Shown in pieces: positions 1-5,733 of a stretch of 39,069 nt of DNA. Position numbers and translations under genes: made by a program. This DNA is from a virus (taxonomy: Duplodnaviria; Caudoviricetes), in IMG/VR virus record IMGVR_UViG_3300020151_000582, positions 1 through 39,069 of that record. One strand, given 5' to 3'. Every line of letters starts with the position of its first letter. Position 1 is the stretch's first letter. Under the pieces are notes generated by a model. The model made no database searches. It was given only the letters and a program-made list of their open reading frames with translations, and was not told where the DNA came from.

Positions 1-165
1 CACGGTTGCGAGTGGGCAACCGACATGCACCACGCCTACGCCATCGCCAAGATCTGGGGTGAGGAGTGCATGGTCTGGATGGTGCCCGCCAGCGGCAACC
101 CCGTCCGCTGGTGCCGTGCTACTGAGATCACCGACGCCATTGCTGATCTGGTGTTCGGAATCTGA
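1..165 (+). CDS. Small hypothetical phage protein, 5'-truncated (HGCEWATDMHHAYAIAKIWGEECMVWMVPASGNPVRWCRATEITDAIADLVFGI*)
   Basis: Manual translation of frame 1 is open from base 1 to TGA 163-165. It is followed by a stem-loop like the other small genes. Confidence 0.65.
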   Translation, partial: HGCEWATDMHHAYAIAKIWGEECMVWMVPASGNPVRWCRATEITDAIADLVFGI

Positions 166-171
166 TCCACC

Positions 172-207
172 AGGGGGGCACAACCACCCCCCTTCCCATG
201 CTACAAT
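172..207 (+). promoter_or_regulatory. GC stem-loop followed by an extended -10 box (early sigma70-type promoter candidate)
   Basis: AGGGGGG(172-178)/CCCCCCT(187-193) stem, then TG-C-TACAAT at 199-207, upstream of ATG 233. Confidence 0.6.
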
Positions 208-232
208 TCTCTCAGTTCACCACCCGAACCCC

Positions 233-469
233 ATGATCACCGCCACCGCTACCAGCACCGTTAACGTTGGAATCGAGTTCTACCTGCCCACCGATTCCCG
301 CCACTGGATTCCTAACGGTTTCGCAAATGTTGATCTTGAAATTGATGCTGAAACCGCTGCAGATGCTAACGAATCTGATTGGTATGATGCAATCGAATTC
401 GCAGCAGAATCGTGGTGTGAACAGACCCACGGTAAGGGTTCATTCTCTCAGGTAATCATGGAACCCTGA
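233..469 (+). CDS. Acidic hypothetical protein, 78 aa (MITATATSTVNVGIEF...)
   Basis: 3' part of track ORF 59..469. ATG 233 lies downstream of the promoter-like element, and the upstream GTG extension overlaps the preceding gene. Confidence 0.7.
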   Translation: MITATATSTVNVGIEFYLPTDSRHWIPNGFANVDLEIDAETAADANESDWYDAIEFAAESWCEQTHGKGSFSQVIMEP

Positions 470-479
470 TTAACACTTA

Positions 480-501
480 AGGGGGGATAAAATTCCCCCC
501 T
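480..501 (+). other. Intergenic GC stem-loop
   Basis: AGGGGGGA-TAAAAT-TCCCCCCT, 8-bp inverted repeat. Confidence 0.7.
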
Positions 502-528
502 ATTCTTCACCATCAACACCTTAACATC

Positions 529-690
529 ATGGCACTCGGAGTCACCATCCGCTTCCAATCTCCCTACAACGATTGTGAGTGGAGAGAGCAAACTTTCACT
601 ACATTTGAGGAAGCGGATCGCATGGCAAAGTTCTACAGATCATGCGGATCTCCTGCTGAGATTGTAACTGTTAGGATGCCTGAAAAGTGA
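529..690 (+). CDS. Small cyanophage-type hypothetical protein, 53 aa (MALGVTIRFQSPYNDCEWREQTFTTFEEADRMAKFYRSCGSPAEIVTVRMPEK)
   Basis: Manual translation, below the ORF-track cutoff. Its stop overlaps the next start (GTGA). Confidence 0.7.
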   Translation: MALGVTIRFQSPYNDCEWREQTFTTFEEADRMAKFYRSCGSPAEIVTVRMPEK

Positions 691-797
691 AAACTTTCAC
701 CATCATTTTTGCAGTTGCGTTTCTATTCTCCCCATCAGTTAGAAATACCACTGCCAACACTTTGCACACTGCAGCAGATCTAATTTCAGCACAATGA
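687..797 (+). CDS. Small protein with hydrophobic N-terminus, 36 aa (MKTFTIIFAVAFLFSPSVRNTTANTLHTAADLISAQ)
   Basis: GTG start overlaps the upstream TGA, and its own stop overlaps the next ATG (ATGA). Signal- or TM-like N-terminus. Confidence 0.6.
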   Translation: MKTFTIIFAVAFLFSPSVRNTTANTLHTAADLISAQ

Positions 798-961
798 CTC
801 ATCATCCTTCCACACTTCGCTTCAAACTACCTGCAGAAAGAATCGCAGAACTAGTTGAAAAGAATTGCACCGTGCTATCTGATGCTGAATGGATGCAATT
901 TTTTGAGGAAGTTAACATTATTTCGGATTGTAACGAAACGGCGGCGCTGCCCGCAGTCTGA
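794..961 (+). CDS. Hypothetical protein, 55 aa (MTHHPSTLRFKLPAERIAELVEKNCTVLSDAEWMQFFEEVNIISDCNETAALPAV)
   Basis: Manual translation; ATGA translational coupling with the upstream ORF. Confidence 0.6.
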   Translation: MTHHPSTLRFKLPAERIAELVEKNCTVLSDAEWMQFFEEVNIISDCNETAALPAV

Positions 962-1006
962 CCGCCTGACCGTCTAGGATACATTCAAGCGGGACAGAGA
1001 TCCCGC
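940..1006 (+). promoter_or_regulatory. Candidate early promoter (-10 TAGGAT) with 5'-UTR hairpin
   Basis: Weak GGCGG(940-944)/CCGCC(962-966) inverted repeat, TAGGAT 975-980, then GCGGGA-CAGAGA-TCCCGC hairpin at 989-1006. Confidence 0.45.
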
Positions 1007-1023
1007 CTCACCTCTCTAAGATC

Positions 1024-1287
1024 ATGCTCGCATCGATCATCCGCACCGCCATCCGCACCCGCCTGATCAACGATGGCCCCCAGACCTGCAGCGACCTGGT
1101 TCGCGCTATGGGTTTGGATCCTCGCCGCCACAAGGGCACCATTCACGCCCTTATGGTTGATCTGGAATCCAATGGCGTTCTAGAGGCAACCCGCAACGAT
1201 GCCACAGGCAAGCGGGATGTATGGTTCATTCGTACCAATCAGATTCGCAAGCGGGATCGCATCATCGCCGCCATGGCGGGAGTGTGA
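1024..1287 (+). CDS. Winged helix-turn-helix DNA-binding protein (putative), 87 aa
   Basis: Pattern I...L...GP.T.SDL...MG.....IH.LM..LE..G.L......G....W matches wHTH topology; basic C-terminal tail. Confidence 0.65.
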   Translation: MLASIIRTAIRTRLINDGPQTCSDLVRAMGLDPRRHKGTIHALMVDLESNGVLEATRNDATGKRDVWFIRTNQIRKRDRIIAAMAGV

Positions 1288-1299
1288 ACTAATGTTAAC

Positions 1300-1333
1300 G
1301 GGGGCACGATAGGGTGCCCCCACCCTCTAGAAT
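1300..1333 (+). promoter_or_regulatory. GC stem-loop followed by -10 box TAGAAT
   Basis: GGGGGCAC-GATAGG-GTGCCCCC (1300-1321, 8-bp stem), TAGAAT 1328-1333, ATG 1360. Confidence 0.6.
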
Positions 1334-1359
1334 TTAAAAGTCAACACGGGAAACCCCAA

Positions 1360-1599
1360 ATGACCGCTTACGCTTTCACCGACCGCCAGCAGATCGACGA
1401 AAATCCTAAAGTTGATTTCGTTGATACGGTTATCGTTAACTTGAAAGTTTCGCCCCGCGAACTTAAGTTAATGTGTGATGCGTTGATTGAATCCGATCGC
1501 TATATGTGTCAGGAAGGCAAACTAAACTCTGCGGATCTTCACCGTTGGGATTGCATCCTAGATCACATTAAAGAGAAGGCACTCAACGACGCCTATTGA
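1360..1599 (+). CDS. Hypothetical protein, 79 aa
   Basis: ORF track; bounded by stem-loops on both sides. Confidence 0.7.
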   Translation: MTAYAFTDRQQIDENPKVDFVDTVIVNLKVSPRELKLMCDALIESDRYMCQEGKLNSADLHRWDCILDHIKEKALNDAY

Positions 1600-1606
1600 T
1601 ACAATC

Positions 1607-1633
1607 GGGGGAGACAATCTCCCCCCTTTCGTT
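1607..1633 (+). terminator. Stem-loop with short U-rich tail (terminator or processing hairpin)
   Basis: GGGGGAGA-CAA-TCTCCCCC followed by CTTTCGTT. Confidence 0.5.
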
Positions 1634-1652
1634 CACACTATCATCACACATC

Positions 1653-1835
1653 ATGCGTATTCAAACCCCTTTCAAGTTTCACAAGTTTTTCTACTTCGGA
1701 CTTGATACATCTGCACGGGTTGGTGATGAGTTGCTCGCTGCAGGGATTGGTAGATTTTACATTGGAATCTATCCTATCCGTCGTGGTTATGATCTGAGCG
1801 TTGGTGTTTGTGACACTAACGGTTGTATCAGTTAG
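1653..1835 (+). CDS. Hypothetical protein, 60 aa (MRIQTPFKFHKFFYFG...)
   Basis: 3' part of track ORF 1596..1835. ATG 1653 follows the hairpin and a CACATC leader resembling the one before ATG 529. Confidence 0.65.
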   Translation: MRIQTPFKFHKFFYFGLDTSARVGDELLAAGIGRFYIGIYPIRRGYDLSVGVCDTNGCIS

Positions 1836-1844
1836 CAACACTTA

Positions 1845-1877
1845 AGGGGTGCTGAGTTCGTTATACTTAGCACCCCT
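1845..1877 (+). other. Long intergenic stem-loop
   Basis: AGGGGTGCTGAGT / ACTTAGCACCCCT, 13-bp stem with one G-U pair. Confidence 0.7.
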
Positions 1878-2002
1878 ATTCGTGCGTCCTAATCGACAGT
1901 TATACGGTATAACGTTATCGTGATGGCGGCGGGCGTGCCCCCCTTAGCTAAAATCGTTAACTACCCTAACCTACAGAGGTGACAATTCGAGTGAGTGATT
2001 CT

Positions 2003-2179
2003 ATGTCCATAAAAAAAATTTCCCAGGAAAAAAAATCACCCATAAGGTTCATCTATGAGAACCTCTACGGCACTTCCATAACTCCCAAAGATGAGGTATA
2101 CTACATCTGGATATGCCTCCACGAGACCTTCAAGATTGTGTGTTTGAATTTCTATGAGACCCTCAGTAAATCGCTATAA
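2003..2179 (+). CDS. Hypothetical protein; start uncertain (GTG 1979 or ATG 2003)
   Basis: Track ORF 1979..2179; hydrophobic C-terminal half; overlaps the next ORF. Confidence 0.5.
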   Translation: MSIKKISQEKKSPIRFIYENLYGTSITPKDEVYYIWICLHETFKIVCLNFYETLSKSL

Positions 2180-2309
2180 GCGTCGTCCAAGACCTTATTG
2201 GAACTTCTGGCGTGTAATCTTGGCAGGTTGGGTTATCCGATATCCTAAGATGGTTTTTCTACCCCTCGGATTTATTCTTTTTATGATATATAATGCTGTC
2301 AGTAGATAA
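2154..2309 (+). CDS. Small membrane protein, 51 aa (MRPSVNRYKRRPRPYWNFWRVILAGWVIRYPKMVFLPLGFILFMIYNAVSR)
   Basis: Manual translation; basic N-terminus then hydrophobic segments; fills the gap between neighbouring ORFs. Confidence 0.7.
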   Translation: MRPSVNRYKRRPRPYWNFWRVILAGWVIRYPKMVFLPLGFILFMIYNAVSR

Positions 2310-2316
2310 TACATGT

Positions 2317-2484
2317 ATGGAAAAGATTTATCACATTTATGATAAAAGAAATCAGTGTGTATCTCCATGCCTATCTGAGGAAGAATTCAGAGTAAAGTGG
2401 AACCATCTCACAGGGGAAAAGGAAGAATATGAGTATGAGGAATTAGAAAATAATCTCACAATTACTCACAATGCTTCCTATTGA
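2317..2484 (+). CDS. Small acidic hypothetical protein, 55 aa (MEKIYHIYDK...)
   Basis: Track ORF 2293..2484. Internal ATG 2317 avoids overlap with the upstream ORF. Confidence 0.7.
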   Translation: MEKIYHIYDKRNQCVSPCLSEEEFRVKWNHLTGEKEEYEYEELENNLTITHNASY

Positions 2485-2509
2485 CAAACGCTAAATAGAA
2501 CGATAAAAT
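2481..2509 (+). promoter_or_regulatory. Near-consensus sigma70 promoter with a nested late-promoter motif
   Basis: TTGACA(2481-2486)-17 nt-TAAAAT(2504-2509); CTAAATA at 2491-2497 lies in the spacer. Confidence 0.8.
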
Positions 2510-2533
2510 TGACATTGAAGGTTATTTCAACTT

Positions 2534-3301
2534 ATGGCAAAAGGATTCACTGTTAAAGCCACTGCTCCAACAAAATCAGCAGAGGAGTGGGATTATGAAG
2601 CAATTAAAGAAAGAATGCGAGGTAAGTCGATTGTATTCTGCTTACCTGGTCGTGGGTGCTCTTATGCATTCCTAAAGAGTTTTGTACAACTTTGTTTTGA
2701 TTTAGTACAAAACCAAATGAGTATTCAGATTTCTCAAGACTACTCTTCCATGGTTAACTTTGCACGTTGTAAGTGTCTAGGTGCAAATGTTCTCCGTGGT
2801 CCAAATCAAATTCCCTGGGACGGTAAATTAAATTACGATTTCCAACTCTGGATTGATAATGACATTGTGTTTAACACAGAAAAGTTCTGGCAACTGTGTG
2901 ATGTTGCAGTTCCAGCAGAAGGTGAAGAGAAGGAAATTAGTTGTGGTTGGTATGCCACTGAAGATGGTCACACAACCTCAGTTGCTCACTGGTTAGATGA
3001 AGAAGATTTCCGCCGCAATGGTGGTGTGATGAATCACGAGACCGTAGATAGCATCTCTAAGCGTCGTAAACCCTTCACAGTGGATTACACGGGATTTGGT
3101 TGGGTACTGATCCGCAAAGGTGTCTTCGAGCGTCTGGAGTACCCCTGGTTTGCTCCTAAGATGCAAGTCTTTGAATCTGGTAATGTTCAAGATATGTGTG
3201 GAGAAGACGTTTCGTTCTGTCTCGATGCAAAAGAGGCAGGAATGGAAACCTGGTGCGATCCTCGTATCAGAGTTGGACACGAAAAAACTCGCGTAATCTG
3301 A
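2534..3301 (+). CDS. GT-A fold (GT2-like) glycosyltransferase-like protein of cyanomyoviruses, 255 aa
   Basis: ARCKC helix, DxD motif (WIDND), GFGWVLIRKGVFE, GEDVSFC and DPRIRVGHEK motifs typical of GT-A enzymes. Confidence 0.8.
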   Translation: MAKGFTVKATAPTKSAEEWDYEAIKERMRGKSIVFCLPGRGCSYAFLKSFVQLCFDLVQNQMSIQISQDYSSMVNFARCKCLGANVLRGPNQIPWDGKLNYDFQLWIDNDIVFNTEKFWQLCDVAVPAEGEEKEISCGWYATEDGHTTSVAHWLDEEDFRRNGGVMNHETVDSISKRRKPFTVDYTGFGWVLIRKGVFERLEYPWFAPKMQVFESGNVQDMCGEDVSFCLDAKEAGMETWCDPRIRVGHEKTRVI

Positions 3302-3453
3302 TGAAAAAATTTAGAATTACTTATAAAGGAGAGCAAATGTTTGATCAGTTATCTTATGATCAAGCAGCAGATGCTCTCCATGAATTGGCATTAAAGTACT
3401 ACGAAAACGAAAAGATTAACCCTGAAGACATTCAAATGGAGGAAATTGACTGA
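3301..3453 (+). CDS. Small acidic hypothetical protein, 50 aa (MKKFRITYKG...)
   Basis: TGATG coupling at both ends; 3' part of track ORF 3196..3453. Confidence 0.7.
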   Translation: MKKFRITYKGEQMFDQLSYDQAADALHELALKYYENEKINPEDIQMEEID

Positions 3454-3608
3454 TGGCCGCTAAAGCAAAATCTACTGGTTCTTATAAAGCAAAAACTTAT
3501 AGCCCTGGTCCCCCGAAAAAATCTCGACAAGGACAAGGTAATGGAACCAAATATGCCGCTACGTCTCGCAATGGTGCTCGTAAGCCATATAGAGGTCAAG
3601 GAAAATAA
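3453..3608 (+). CDS. Small highly basic protein, 51 aa (MAAKAKSTGSYKAKTYSPGPPKKSRQGQGNGTKYAATSRNGARKPYRGQGK)
   Basis: Manual translation; TGATG coupling; GGAGG upstream; K/R/G-rich with no acidic residues. Confidence 0.75.
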   Translation: MAAKAKSTGSYKAKTYSPGPPKKSRQGQGNGTKYAATSRNGARKPYRGQGK

Positions 3609-3611
3609 AAT

Positions 3612-4064
3612 ATGAACGATAAGGAAGCATATGTTAAAGGATGGATCAAAAAAGTTTCTAAACAGAGACCCGAATTAGGTAATTTTTCCATTTGCCCATT
3701 TGCTTCCAAATCAAAAACGCTTATACTCGAATGTTCTATAGACGACATTGTACCTCATGAGGGGTATGATGTCGTTATTTTTATATTAGATAATAATTTG
3801 ACACTAGATATAATATCAGAATATATTCAAAAATATAATAACGCACATAAAGACTATAAATTTTTTGATGATACTTATCAGAAAGATACTTTTATTAATG
3901 GTGTACAGACAAATAACGGTAAATATAATTTAATATTATCTCAACCAGTGGAAAAACTAAAGAAATTTAGAGAAAAGTTATTAAGTACCGACTATTATAA
4001 GTATTGGAGTGATGAATATTTACAGAATATATTACAAGAAGACTACAAATTATTAAAGAAATAA
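3612..4064 (+). CDS. Hypothetical protein with DUF1415-like W...CPFA N-terminal motif, 150 aa
   Basis: WIKKVS...ICPFA motif; full ORF; AT-rich. Confidence 0.6.
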   Translation: MNDKEAYVKGWIKKVSKQRPELGNFSICPFASKSKTLILECSIDDIVPHEGYDVVIFILDNNLTLDIISEYIQKYNNAHKDYKFFDDTYQKDTFINGVQTNNGKYNLILSQPVEKLKKFREKLLSTDYYKYWSDEYLQNILQEDYKLLKK

Positions 4065-4065
4065 C

Positions 4066-5337
4066 ATGCTATCAGTTTATCAACATTGGGATCCATTAAA
4101 AGTATGTTTGGTAGGAAGAAGTTATCCACCAGAGTTCTATAGTTTTATTAAAAATCCAAAGGTTCGCTCTGTAATGGAGAGAATTGCAATAGAAACTGAA
4201 GAAGATTATCAAAAATTAATTACTACTTTAGAGAAGTTTGGAGTAAAGACTTTTAGGGTAGATATGTCGGATAACCCTGAGGATTATTATATTAAAAGTA
4301 TTAATAGGTATTTTCCTCCACCAATGTGTCCAAGAGATCATGCTGGGATGTTTGGAACTAAATTTTTTGTATCTGGGAAGAATGACATTAATGAAATACT
4401 TAATTCTATCTTTTTATATGATGTTGTAACAGAAGATGCCTATAATGATTTAATGAAATATAAACCAGTTTTTAATTATTATGTTGGTGGTAAAAAAGAT
4501 GACGAAAATAAAAAAATAGTATCAGATATAATACAAGATTACTTTTTATCTGGAATTACTGATTTTGTAAATAGTTTTCCACTTAACCCAAAAATTAATG
4601 CCTTTAAAAGTATAACTGACTATGTTAGATCTCAGGGAAATACCATAGTAGAAAATAAAGGTATTAATACGGCATCAACAACAAGAATTGGTACAGATTT
4701 ATATCACGGAATGAACTCTGATTGGTATCACAATAACAAAAGAACTGAACAAGGATTTAAAAATATTTTACCCGAGTATAGACATCATATAATTCCAGCA
4801 AATTCTTTAGTTGGTGGGCATACAGATGCAACTTTTTGTCCAATAAAACCAGGATTGATTTTAACTGTAGATTATAAAGTTAATGGTGAATTAACTTCCA
4901 TGTACAATACTACTTTTCCAGATTGGGACATAGTTGAATTACAGGGTGAAAGTTGGTCTAAAGTTGGTGATTTTCTCAATTTAAAAGAAAAAAATGGTGG
5001 TAAATGGTGGGTTCCAGGTGAAGAATATAATAATGAGTTTACAGATTTTGTTGAGAGTTGGTTAAATCATTGGGTTTTATATGTTGAAGAAAGTGTTTTT
5101 GATGTTAATATATTAGTTATTGATGAAGAAAATGTTATTTGTAATGGATATAATAAAATAGCATTCGATGCCTTTGAAAGACACGGAGTAACACCGCATA
5201 TTGTTAACTTTAGGCATAGATATTTTTGGGATGGTGGGTTACATTGTATAACTTTAGATATAGATAGAGAAGGAGAAATGAAGGATTATTTTCCAGGCAG
5301 AAAGGATGGAATATACACCTATCTGAGAAAAAATTAA
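4066..5337 (+). CDS. Amidinotransferase (glycine/inosamine-phosphate amidinotransferase family, pentein fold), 423 aa
   Basis: Motifs WDPLKVCLVGR, CPRD, HTDATF..IKPGLIL, VNILVIDE..VI, GGLHCITLDI.REG; catalytic His (4819-4821) and Cys (5245-5247) present. Confidence 0.88.
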   Translation: MLSVYQHWDPLKVCLVGRSYPPEFYSFIKNPKVRSVMERIAIETEEDYQKLITTLEKFGVKTFRVDMSDNPEDYYIKSINRYFPPPMCPRDHAGMFGTKFFVSGKNDINEILNSIFLYDVVTEDAYNDLMKYKPVFNYYVGGKKDDENKKIVSDIIQDYFLSGITDFVNSFPLNPKINAFKSITDYVRSQGNTIVENKGINTASTTRIGTDLYHGMNSDWYHNNKRTEQGFKNILPEYRHHIIPANSLVGGHTDATFCPIKPGLILTVDYKVNGELTSMYNTTFPDWDIVELQGESWSKVGDFLNLKEKNGGKWWVPGEEYNNEFTDFVESWLNHWVLYVEESVFDVNILVIDEENVICNGYNKIAFDAFERHGVTPHIVNFRHRYFWDGGLHCITLDIDREGEMKDYFPGRKDGIYTYLRKN

Positions 5338-5382
5338 GGGATAGAAACCCCTTAAAAAGTTCTGTTTTAACTTACTAAACAG
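5334..5382 (+). promoter_or_regulatory. Structured intergenic element (two hairpins, possible pseudoknot)
   Basis: TTAAGGG/CCCTTAA stem with loop ATAGAAAC, then AAAGTTCTG, then CTGTTT/AAACAG stem just before ATG 5391. Confidence 0.45.
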
Positions 5383-5390
5383 TAAAGACA

Positions 5391-5699
5391 ATGGACAAAA
5401 CACCAGATAGAGATAAAGACTATATGTATTCCATGTGGGGAACCGATAAATTGATCACAGATTATGGATCAATAGATAATTTAGAAGCGGCACCAGTATC
5501 ATTAGAAGGATCTCATTATACTCATGGACACGGATTTTTTAAAGGTCGTGTGTTAAGAGAAATAAACAATGATGATATTACACCTATAAAGCATAACTTT
5601 GAAGTTCAAAATGAAATTCATGAAAAAATTAGAAATGATGAAGATTATGATGATTGGAGTTATGGAACTGAACCAATCCCATCAAAAAAATGGATTTAA
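5391..5699 (+). CDS. Acidic hypothetical protein upstream of gp25, 102 aa
   Basis: ORF track; MWGT..L.TDY and DYDDW.YGTEP motifs resemble cyanophage hypotheticals I recall at this locus. Confidence 0.75.
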   Translation: MDKTPDRDKDYMYSMWGTDKLITDYGSIDNLEAAPVSLEGSHYTHGHGFFKGRVLREINNDDITPIKHNFEVQNEIHEKIRNDEDYDDWSYGTEPIPSKKWI

Positions 5700-5704
5700 T
5701 CATA

Positions 5705-5711
5705 ATAAATA
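5705..5711 (+). promoter_or_regulatory. T4-type late promoter (gp55 sigma) motif
   Basis: ATAAATA in the intergenic gap before gp25. Confidence 0.6.
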
Positions 5712-5733
5712 ATGTATAAATTATAATAAATTC

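Noticed and set aside
59-232. GTG-started N-terminal extension of ORF 59..469 (likewise starts at 1596, 2293, 3196 and 29077)
   Set aside because: The extensions overlap upstream genes or hairpin/promoter elements; internal ATGs fit better.
166-1880. Regularly spaced palindromes as a CRISPR or mini-CRISPR array
   Set aside because: The repeats are not identical, the spacing is gene-sized and irregular, the intervening DNA is coding, and no cas genes are present.
1836-2002. tRNA gene in the non-coding tract
   Set aside because: No cloverleaf with acceptor stem and T-loop could be built by eye.
4066-5337. Amidinotransferase as the archaeosine (dG+) DNA-modification enzyme or as part of a cyanotoxin cluster
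   Set aside because: ArcS, QueF-like and Gat-QueC enzymes have different folds from this pentein-family protein. No dpdA/que genes or PKS/NRPS genes are present in the window.
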